From Eledone cirrhosa (Eukaryota), in NCBI GenBank assembly GCA_964016885.1, contig OZ024743.1, forward strand, positions 322,710,001-322,774,000: a stretch of 64,000 bases of DNA, in the 5' to 3' direction. How positions within the stretch are numbered: the first letter of the stretch is position 1; the number at the start of each line of letters is the position of its first letter. Shown here one piece after another: positions 53,001 to 64,000 of this stretch. The notes beneath the pieces are model-generated. The model was not told the DNA's origin. It saw only the letters and a program-made list of their open reading frames with translations, and ran no database searches. The translations under genes and the position numbers were made by a program.

Positions 53001-53965
53001 CACATAAGGCTTACAGGGACCAGGTCAACAATTTAGTTAAGAAAAAATTGACAGGGGGAGTCATCAACAATAGATGGTGGGGGGCTCTCAAAAGAGAGAT
53101 TAGAGTAATGTCGATAGAGTTTAGCAAAGAAGTAGCATTAGAGAAAAATAGAAAGGAGGGAGAGTTGGTAGATAAGTTGGACGACGCTATTGGTAGTGGC
53201 ATTGCAACTGATGTGCTAGCAGCGAGAATGGCATTAGACCATTTCTTCAATGCGAAACACAAAGGTTGCATTGTCAGAGCTAAGGCGCATGCTCTGAGAA
53301 ACGAGGGAACCAAAGCTGTTCGATGGGCCCGCGTGGCAGAGGCGCAGCGTGGAAATAAAACCACAATTCAGTCTTTGACGGACCGAGACGGGCACGAGCT
53401 GAGCGATTCCTAGAGGATGTGTGAGGCCTTTCGCCAACATTTTGCTCGGTTGTTTGGGGGAAGTGGCGGGTCAGAGATGGTGGTGGACTTCAGTCCCTAC
53501 CTCGATGGCTTGCCGCAACTCTCGACGGATGACGCTGGGTGCTGCGAAAGGCCAATTACTTCAGCCGAGATTCAGGATGCCCTTGTCGGTCGCATGAGGC
53601 GCAAGTCACCCGGTTTGGATGGTCTGCCCTACGAGCCTTACGTAAATATGCCAGACTTGTTCTCCAATCTCCTCGAAGCGCTCTACTGCAACTGGCAGCA
53701 AAACGGGAGTATTCCCAGTTCTGTGAGCCGGGGCGTAGTGACGCTGATAAGGAAAGACGAAAAGAAGAGGGACACAGACAATTGGTGGTCATCCCCCCTA
53801 AGGAGGAATTTTTTCTTGTTGTAATTTTACTGTTACTTTATTGTTACTTTGTTATTGTTACTTTGTTTATTCATATTGTTTACTCGATTTTTCTGTAAAA
53901 CCCCTGTCCCAGTCTTTTGTATTGTCCCCTATATGTCGGCCCTTGTGGCCAATAAATGAAATCAT
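50064..53965 (+). mobile_element. L1/Tx1-clade LINE with 5' UTR, ORF1, endonuclease and start of RT; large internal deletion before the 3' UTR
   Basis: ORF1 remnants 50274-52206; ORF2 from 52238 ([45 protein letters not shown]) cut at about 53773; 3' end gtggccaataaatgaaa; (ATT)n on both sides. Confidence 0.9.
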
Positions 53966-54094
53966 TATTATTATTATTATTATTGTTACTATTATTATTA
54001 CTTTTTTTTTTTCCCCCAATTCAATGATGTTCCAAAACAATATAAAAGAGATAATTGGCAATAAAGGTTCTGGAACAAAAGAGATAATTGGCAA

Positions 54095-54921
54095 TAAGGG
54101 CAGGGGCCCCAGGTTATCACAGCCTGGGCCCGCTCATCATCGTGCCACTGTAATAGAGCCAAACAAGGCATTTAGTCTTGGCTGCTGGAACGTATGGATG
54201 CTGCTTGACAGGGATTCCTTGGAGCATCCTGAACGAAGGACCGCTCTTGTTGCAAAGGGGCTTCGATGTTACGATCTTGACATCGTGGCTTTATCTGAGA
54301 CGAGGTTAGCTGGAGATCGTCATCTTACAGAATTTTGTGGAGAATATACATTCTTCTGGAAAGGAAGAGATGAAGGAACCAGAAGAGAGGCTGGGGTAGC
54401 ATTTGCTGTTAAGACTGTTCTTGTGAATAAATTAGAAGAATTCCCAGTAGGGATTAGTGAGCGTCTTATGTCCATGAGAATTCCGCTGGACAAAGGAAGA
54501 TATGCGACCCTGGTGAGTGTGTATGCTCCAACTATGAATTCTGTCGATGAAGAAAAAGTGTCCTTTTATCATGCCTTGAAAGGTGTTTTAAGAAATATCC
54601 GTCAGGCAGACAAAGTCATCGTGCTTGGTGACTTTAATGCTAGAGTGGGTAGGGATTTTAACACATGGAATGTAATCGGAAGGCATGGGGCGGGAAAGTG
54701 TAACAACAATGGTATGCTCCTGCTGCAGATGTGTGAGGAGCTGGATCTGTGTGTTACCAACACCATCTTCCAACAAAAGAACAAATTCAAGACCACATGG
54801 ATGCATCCTGCATCTAAGGAATGGCATCTTTTGGACTACGTCCTAGTCAGGATGCGTGACAGACAGGATGTGCAGTGTATTCGTGCTCTTCGTGGAGCTG
54901 AGTGCTGGACGGACCACCGCC
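54095..54921 (+). mobile_element. RTE-like APE endonuclease fragment
   Basis: GCWNV, PERRTALVA, DIVALSETRL, SVYAPT, LGDFNARVG, WHLLDYV, WTDH; open frame cut abruptly at 54921. Confidence 0.85.
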
Positions 54922-54937
54922 TGAAATTACATGCTGG

Positions 54938-55656
<719 letters not shown>

Positions 55657-55781
55657 TTTCGTTTCTGAATTTGTTTAGCAAGATTCTTTATCTGAAATCG
55701 TGTGTTGAAACCGATATTGTTATACTTTGGGAGGGTCATGTTGCCAATAAGAAACACACGCACCAGTTGCTTTCACTTCAA

Positions 55782-56616
55782 TCTATATATATAAAACTGT
55801 GGTTGTCTGTCTGTCTATCGATTTTTGGCACACATCTCCTCTTAGAATCTCTCACGGAATTGCACCGAAATTGCTATACATTGAGCCCTAGCGAAGACAT
55901 CGGAAAAAAAAATATTTCAAATTCACCCACCCTATGTGACGAAATCGAATATAATGTATCGATTTTTGAGCGTAAGTTATCAGTTATTTCCCTTTGTTCT
56001 GTTTACATTGAGCGTCTTACGTAAAAAATTACGCTGGCTTTAACAGTTGTCGAGCCAGCAAAATATTGACCTGCAAAATTCATCAGTTCGAACACTAAGC
56101 TTCCGTTTTGCTTCATTTCCATTTAAAAGCATTTTAAAACAATATTTTTACTTGAAAACAAGTCTATTTAAAGACTACGTAAAACAAGCAAATATTTCGT
56201 CGTTAGGCGTGCAGACAGACAGTCGTGAAGACAGACAGTCGTGCAGAGAGGTGATATAGGCGTGCAGACAGATAGTCGTGCAGAGAGGTGATATAGGCGT
56301 GCAGACAGACATAACTGATAATTTGGTTACGCTAATGTTTTTCTCTGCGTTGCAGTGTTTACATTTTCGATCTTTGTTAATAAATAACCAGTGCAGTTTC
56401 TATCCCCAGCATCCTCTTTTGTTATAACATTCGGGTTATCGTTATGTTTTCTTAACTTCATAAGGCATATTGTTGGTTGAGGGAATATTAATCAAAAACA
56501 CCACATGCAAGTCTGCACAGTAGACACTACAGTTTTTAAGCCAAGAAAGAAACTTAACATTGTAACTTTAACACAGCTACTGAGCAACCCCGAGCAACGC
56601 CGGGCTTTACTGCTAG
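55782..56616 (+). mobile_element. Non-autonomous Helitron inserted at A^T with no target duplication
   Basis: Starts TCTATATATATAAAAC and ends cccgagcaacgccggg-ctttactg-CTAG; the empty site cttcaa|tttatt is visible in the opposite arm. Confidence 0.88.
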
Positions 56617-56706
56617 TTTATTATATATTTATAAATTTATAAATTTACAAATTTATAAATTTCTGGTTGGTTGGTTGGTTCCACAACCAGATAGTTGTTT
56701 ATATAT

Positions 56707-56751
56707 AGTCATAGTCCTTTCGTCACACACTCTGTGACCTCTTCAGTGACT
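56707..56751 (-). ncRNA. Minimal type I hammerhead ribozyme, intact core
   Basis: agtca-CTGAAGA-g-gtcaca[gagtg]tgtgac-GAAA-gga-CTA-tgact. Confidence 0.8.
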
Positions 56752-57098
56752 GGGGATTCCTTTCTTTGTTTCTGTGCCTCTCCTTTGTTCTGTCCTACGC
56801 CATTTTGTTTCTGTGTGTGTGTTGTGTGTGACGAAAGGACTATGACTATATATAAACAACTATCTGGTTGTGGAACCAACCAACCAACCAGAAATTTATA
56901 AATTTATAAATTTGTAAATTTATAAATATATAATAAATTGAAGTGAAAGCAACTGGTGCGTGTGTTTCTTATTGGCAACATGACCCTCCCAAAGTATAAC
57001 AATATATATAATATATATATATATATATATAATATATATATATATATAATATATATATATATATAATATATATATATATATAATATATATATATATAT

Positions 57099-57139
<41 letters not shown>

Positions 57140-57152
57140 TATATAATATATA

Positions 57153-58111
57153 TCATCATCATCATCATCACCGTTTTACGTCCGTTCTTCCACGCTAGCA
57201 TGGGTTAGAGGGGTTGTCCTGTTGTGGGCAGTGTCTGGTCGGCTGACCATGCCTTGCTCATACAGGAACTGATCTGGCTTGATTTCTACAGCTGGATGCC
57301 CTTCCTAACACCAACCTCATTTACAGTGAGTGCTGGGTGCTTTTTCGTGGCGCCTACACGCCCGCTTTACAGTGTGGGCTGGGTGCTTTTTTGCCGTGGC
57401 ACCTCCACGACCACCTTGCGGTGGGGGGGGGGGCATATTGTTTATATGCTTCAGCATGTACCCATGGGAGGTCGGGTACCCTGTATTAATGCGTGACGCC
57501 AGAAGTCACGGTCGTGTGTCATTGACTTTGAGAGGTGTAGTTGGGTAAGGTCGGCTTTTATCACCTCATCCCAAGTCATCTTGGGTCTCCCCACTCCGCG
57601 GTTTCCATCAACTTCTAGTGCTCTGCACCTTTTTATGCAGCTGTCATCCTTCATACGCATCACATGTCCATACCAGCGTAACCGCCTCTCCTGCACGCAG
57701 CATTTGATTCCTCTTATGCTCAGTCTCTCTCTCAATTCCTTTATGCTTTGTCGTTCACGTATATTACTGTTACACATCCATCGGAGCATGCAGGCTTCGT
57801 TTCTCTCTAATCTACGTAAGTCTTCCACCTTCAGCGCCCAGGTCTCACTACCATGCAACATCGCTGTTCGGATACACGCATCATACAGTCTGCCTTTCAT
57901 TCTGAGGGAGAAGCCTTTTGCAGCTAGCAGTGGTAGTAGTTCCCTAAACTTCTTCCATCCCGTTCTTACCCTAGTTATTGTACTTTCTGAGCACCCACCT
58001 CCGTTGCTAATTCGGTCACCTAGGTAGCAGAAGCTGTCTACTGTTTCTACAGGGCCCTCCCAGAGATTGGTGGTACTTGTTTCCTGTGGCTGTTTGCTTG
58101 CTGTTTCAGCA
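57153..58111 (-). mobile_element. Young RTE LINE 3' fragment
   Basis: ORF 57451-57900 differs from ORF 41061-41510 at 2 of 149 residues. Confidence 0.9.
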
Positions 58112-58128
58112 TATATATATATAATATA

Positions 58129-58170
<42 letters not shown>

Positions 58171-58174
<4 letters not shown>

Positions 58175-59460
58175 CCAGCATGTAATTTCATGGGTTATGA
58201 TGTAATTGTTACGCTTAATATCCTACTACTTCTATTTATCCCGTGAAAATATGAGAAATATGTAAATAATTAGTCCGACCTGTGTTGCTAATATGCATGA
58301 ATAATAACTTTGCTGGTTACTTTATAACAACTATTATAACAACTAATATAATAAGACTGCTTCAACTCTATCGTACACTAAACTAGACCTGCTTGCACAT
58401 AGCTTGTTTTTATGCCTTGAATGTATTTTTACTTGTTTCACTAAGCCATACCATATAAGAACCATATTTACTTGTGTAAGGCTTGTGCTTTTGTGATACC
58501 TTCCTATATACTTGTGAACACCCATTGGCTACCTAGTTCGGGTACCTACCAATATACCTTGTGTATGTATATTATGGTAGTCATTCGGATTACTGAGGTC
58601 TTTGGGGATGTACCAAAAAGAACTCTTTACGCCTGTATATAGGCTACTGAGATCCTACTCACTCGTGTTACTAGGGACTGTGCTTGTAATCTTTTGCTTT
58701 CTCTAAGTGCTCATAACATATAACTTTTTCTCAATTTCTTAAATACTTTTAATTCTTTTTAATTTTATTATATTATTATATTATTTTATTATTTTATTAT
58801 CATTTATTATTATTTTAATATATTTTTTATATTATTTTATTTTATTTTAATTTATTTTTATTTTTTATTTGTTTTATTATTTTTTTTTTATTTTCTATTA
58901 TATTATTTTTCATTATATTTTATTAATTGTTTTTAATTATTTTACTTTATTTTATTTCATTTTATTTTTTCATTACTTTATTATAATTTATATTATGTTT
59001 TAACATTTGCCTGTATATTTTTTAATGTATTTTTTATGTACTTTTTGATGCTTTTAAACTTTTTGCTTTTACATTCTGTATTTTTGAGTGCCATCTACTG
59101 TATCTTCATCTCGTTGAATCCAATTGTGCCTTGGTATTTTGCAGTGATGCTTAGTAACCCCAGCATGAACCTCTTTGTTAGCTATCTCCAATCCCCCTTT
59201 CTTTATTCTGATTGTTCGTGTGACTAAGTTTTTGTAGAGCTTATACTCAACACTGTATTTATTAGGCTCTGATGATTCCTGCCAAAAGGTGAGGATGAAA
59301 CATTGTAAGTGAATAAAGACTGAGTATGTAAGCGTTCTTTGGTTTCTTTTGCATATAACAGCTCTGTCTCATGTACATTGAGCTAACACAATACTGCAAT
59401 AATACAGTGTGTGTTTATGCACAAACGCTCCGTACTTTACATAAATAAATATATATATAC
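58171..59460. mobile_element. Old PLE-like relic with a hammerhead-bearing end
   Basis: TA-flanked, decayed coding-like stretch, hammerhead at 59266-59310. Confidence 0.4.
59266..59310 (+). ncRNA. Minimal hammerhead ribozyme candidate
   Basis: gct-CTGATGA-t-tcct-gcc[aaaa]ggt-g-agga-t-GAAA-catt-GTA-agt. Confidence 0.55.
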
Positions 59461-61540
59461 ATTATTATATGTATATATATATATATATACATTTAATGTC
59501 CACTTCCCTAGCTAACAAGGGTTGGCTAGTTTATTATAAACCAAGTCAATATTTAACCAAACCTACTGATCTCTCAGATGGGCATGGATCTGCACCTCAC
59601 ACGTTTCTGCACTCTGCAGGGTCCACCAGAAATGCTTTATCATGTCATCAACACCAAGCGGTTGTGCCCTTGACTCAAACAGAAAAGTCATCATTTCAAC
59701 CCTTTTTTAGCATGGTTTCTATGGCAGGATTTCCTTCTTATCACCAACCACCTTACAGGATATATTTCATGCTTCCAGCAATAGAGAGGTTGTCTTGTCA
59801 TTATTGAAAGGTCATCTCAACCATTTTTGGCAAAGTTTCTATGGCTGGAAGACATTCTTAACACCAACCACCTTTACAGAGTGCATTTTATGGTAACACC
59901 ACCAATAAAGAGATTGTCGGTCATTGACTTGACTGAACAGTCCTCGCTACCCTATGAAGGAATAGAATAGGGGAAATAACAATAATAATAAGTATGATGT
60001 CATGGGTGTATGACAGGTAGTTGAAGAGTGAGCAAGTATGTCATGGGGTTATGACAAATGAAATGGAATTTGATGGGTGGTGAGTGGGAGGGGAATGGTG
60101 GTACTGGGATAATGAAAACATTCCCTAAAAAGTTATGATTAAGAAGATTCACATGATCCTGGATTGATTGAATGTTGGGGACAGTTATGGTGAGAATATT
60201 TGACAGAGCAATAGTGAATGGGGGGATGGATTGGTCAAATCATGTTTTTTATTAACTAAAATAACTGTATATGTGTATTTGTGTGTTTATTTGTGTAATG
60301 TGCATGTGTGACTGTATGTGTGTTTATATATTTAGGCAGATAGCTAGAAACATTTTGACTCAACCCAAATTTTACCCCGTTTCTCCATGATGTCTACAGA
60401 GTGTGTTTCATAGAAATTATATGACAAATGCGTTCATTTTTATGTTATCACTATTGAAGTTACAAATTATCTTTGTAACTTTTATATCATCCAGATACAT
60501 AATTCACATGAATTTATATATATGTGTGAATGTGCAAAAGTAAACAGAAATAACACACAAGACAAAAACAAATTAAAGAAAACCCACTGATAAAAAAGAT
60601 AAATTTCTGCTAAAACTCTGCACAAAGATTTTAATCACAGATAACCATTTTGTTATCATCTTGTGAAATCATAGCGTTGAACAACTACATAGAGTTAATG
60701 CATAAAACTTTGTTATTCAGCCCTCAGGTTAGTCTTGATTGAACAGTCCTATGGTCAAAAGCATTCCAACCATGATAATTCTATTTTTCCTCAGTCAAAA
60801 TGTGCTCGAGGCCATATTACTCAATGTGTTAATTTTAAGTGGGTGGAGTGTCATTTAAGATATGTTTGGCTGCTATTTCTAGCAGGGTGAACTACACCAT
60901 AGAACCTTCCGAATTGGTTCAACGTCGTTATTTAGCCACAGATCAACCTTGATCAAGTAGATCTATGATTAAAAGCATTCTAGTCGTGACTAACCTTTCC
61001 TTATTAGAAGTATGTTGGACTACATTGTATAATGCTTCATTGTTTAAAACAGTAAGCAGTGATTTGAGGGAAATTTGGCTGCTATTTCCACAAAATTGCT
61101 GTGACGATGGTGTAACGTGTCATGATATTGGTGGTAACATGAAGACGCGTTAGTTAATTCCACATTCTAGTCTTTCTTATGCCGTACTTCAGTTGAGAGT
61201 GTCTTAACAATATAAACATGTATTTGTCATTCAATCCTAAATTAACCAACTAAATTCAATTGTTGAAATATACAAAAAAAGAAAAGGGAAAGTGGGGACG
61301 GAGGGACAGATTGTACACCCCAGTCTGAGAGAACATAATGGTGAATGTATTGCCGTTGTCAGCAATAGCCACCCTATCTCACAGGGCTCCTTCTACAGGC
61401 TGGCTGTTGTCTTTCCAATTTTACAGAGGAAAACAATAGTTCGGGGACCAAGGACACTTGGGGTCTCGACAACGTCAGGTACGAATTGGAAGATCTCGAT
61501 TAATCCCGGCCTTTTTGTTATCTTCCTCTCGGCGGTTTAA

Positions 61541-61702
61541 TACCGTATTCTTCCGTGTATACCGCGCATTTTTCCCTTGTTTTTGTTTTAGGAATGTGCG
61601 GTGTTCACTATAACTAAATGGATATTTTAGGAATGTGCAGTGTTCACTATAACTAAATGGCATTTTTCTGGTAAAAAAAAGGGGTGCACAGAAGAATACG
61701 AT
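61541..61702. mobile_element. Short pogo/Tc1-mariner-type MITE
   Basis: TA-ccgtattcttc...gaagaatacga-TA; internal ~37-bp direct repeat. Confidence 0.55.
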
Positions 61703-62269
61703 AGTTCATTTTAAGCTACAAGAGCACTTTAAATTTGTAATTTGAGAGTTATCTCCCTTCGTGTTAGCAAGCAGGATGCCGTGAACCACTGACAATATAT
61801 TTTAGGTAATTATACTTTCTTTAGAATCTTATCTAGTAAATATTTACTTAGTAAAAAAAAAAAAAGAAATAAGTTGCCCAAATGCGTTGTTTGCCATATT
61901 TTCAATTTTATTGATATTATATAATCGGCGCCTGAAATCGATTGTTATTGTTCCGGAGAATTGTTAACACTTTTACAAAACTAAAACATCGTAGAATCAT
62001 CGTTAATCAGTTGAGGTTTTTTTAATTTTAAGTTGCGAAAGCTTTGCTTTCTTTTATGTAGAGAGAAATGTTAGAGTGGAAAACTTGTTTAATTTATTTT
62101 CTCTATTACTTGTAAAGTATTAACTTTACCGTTCTCTCTATACCACAAAGGTGTTGTTTAACGATCGAATTCCTACTTTTTTATATATAATTTTTATTAC
62201 ATTTATATTATCACCGTTTTACGCCACATATTATCAATTAATTATAGCTGCGAACCTTATAAATATAAT

Positions 62270-62935
62270 GCACAAAAATATACAATCAAAGCCAAAAAAC
62301 TCCCTCAATTCAATATTAAGTCACACACCACAAATGACATCGTAAATTATTGAGGCAAGCCAACGAAGGTGGTGCCGAAACTAAGATGCTGAAACAACCA
62401 AGCACCCTTACGTGCATCCTCTGACACCTCGGTAAGGTAAGCCGCTAACGATGACAAGAACTTCGCTGTCAGCGGCCCAACTTCATCAAACGTCTCGAAC
62501 GCCACAGGCTGGAAGAAATGGTTTACCGATAAGTCCATAACGTTGTATTTGTATTTTGTACTTTGAAAAGACAAAGTTCGAACGAAAATTTTCAGCTATT
62601 TCACTAATATATTTCAAAGAACGATATACAATTTTAAATATAATTTGGGTTTTTTATTTATTGATTCTTCCTGGCTGTTCTGTTCTTATGTATATGTCTG
62701 GACTGAGTGTTGATACTACACCCTTTCTATGTGCATGTGTTTGCATAAATATTTTACATGAAAATATAGAATCAAAACGAAAGAAAATATTAAGTCAACA
62801 CTAAGTAATGTAGCGAGGCTAAGGTGCTCGAATAACCAAGAACCCCCACAGGGCGATAGCTTCGTTGTCAGAGGCCCAGCTCCTCCAAACATCTGAAACA
62901 CCGCAGTCTGGAAAAATAGTTTGCCGGTAATTGGC
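62270..62935 (-). mobile_element. Two CRE-like LINE 3' remnants
   Basis: FQPVAFETFDEVGPLTAKFLSSLAAYLTEVSEDARKGAWLFQHLS resembles the CRE-type endonuclease C-terminus. Confidence 0.6.
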
Positions 62936-64000
62936 CACGGAAGCAGTGACCCTCACTTCATCCAGGATGTGGGAAGGCGGAAAAAAGAGTCACTGACTGT
63001 GGTGTCCTAAATGAAACATCTACCTGTGTCTTTGTGTATGTATGTGCGCTTACGTCCATGCATCTTCCTCTCTCTCTCTCTCACTCAGGAACAGTCATTT
63101 TTTTCTCTTCGTTATAATTTATGCAACGTTCCAGATAGAGTGATAATTTGTAGAATATAAATTATGGAGTTGAATTCCAATTGTCAAGATTTGCTCCCTT
63201 CCAAACCCTCTTTGGTGTCTCGTGATATGTAATCTTTATGCGTCCATCCCATGCCACACGGGTCAAGCTGCAAGCCCATTGCCAGCTTTTACGGCATGAA
63301 ATGGAGACTGCAATATATCTTTTAAACAGGCTCCTCTGCCGAAGGCCTGAACGAGTCCTTTGTTAACCCGTGCAAAGGTCGATGCGGTATGATTCTTTTT
63401 CTTACTTCTCACCATATTGGGGATCTTATTAGCGCCACTCACCAATCTGATACTTTCTCAAGCCCGTGAACACAGCTTTTTTTTAGAGGTGGCCATTACT
63501 TGTCTCTTCATATCAACATCACTGGGTTGTGAGTTTTCTTGAGAGCTACAGATGTCACTCATTGCTCCATCTCCCCTCCTAAACAACAATATCAGGTTGG
63601 TTTTGTTTTAACTTGGTTGCTTTCTTTACTTTTATATTCCACCAATATTCCAACAGCTTTCTTTATAGTGTTGTTTTTTTCTTTCTTACTCTGGAGTAAT
63701 GATACTTGATAGTCACTCCAGGTAGAGCTGCTACTTTTCCAAATTCGAAGATCACAGCTCCGATACTTTGGGCATGGGGTTAGAATGTCTCAGGAAAGAA
63801 TTGTTGGACAGATTTTACAGGCAAAACCAACCGGCAGTAAACCCTGAGCAAGATGGTTGGATAACATCCATGAGCTTGGCAGGTCATGCTGGAAGGAGTG
63901 TTTGAGGACTGCCACCACGTCCTTCTCAGGAATAAATGGGCGAAGAAGGAAGAGAGGAGAGTCAGGTTCTATTTTCAGGTTAACCATCAAGGTGTGTTGG

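Larger units (their letters stand above)
55657..57005 (-). mobile_element. PLE-type fold-back element whose left arm is split by a Helitron
   Basis: 55714-55781 plus 56617-56730 is inverted at 56824-57005; terminal atattgttatactt(g/t)gggagggtcat shared with the 27755-31707 PLE; (TA)n on both sides. Confidence 0.82.

Noticed and set aside
63160-64000. Possible host exons or ORFs at the right edge
   Set aside because: Short ORFs with no recognisable domain or splice pattern; at most a very decayed LINE remnant.

Overview
Repeat-rich, AT-rich animal genomic DNA. The SINE/LINE repertoire suggests an octopus or other coleoid cephalopod (inference). The one host gene I can support is KATNAL2 (katanin p60-like 2) on the minus strand. 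Nine coding exons run from the ATG at 38712 to exon 9 at 1503-1601; they total 852 nt (284 codons), join in phase, and the gene continues off the left edge. X-box- and CCAAT-like motifs lie just upstream. The rest is mostly transposon debris: RTE, L1-Tx1, R4/Dong, CR1 and CRE LINE pieces, tRNA-derived SINEs, two non-autonomous Helitrons, MITEs and a 5 kb 42-bp minisatellite. The most unusual signal is a series of Penelope-like (PLE) fold-back elements in or next to (TA)n tracts. They carry minimal hammerhead ribozymes and range from a 4 kb RT+GIY-YIG copy to ~110-nt perfect hairpins whose apex is the presumed hammerhead stem II. All calls were made by eye and transposon boundaries are approximate.
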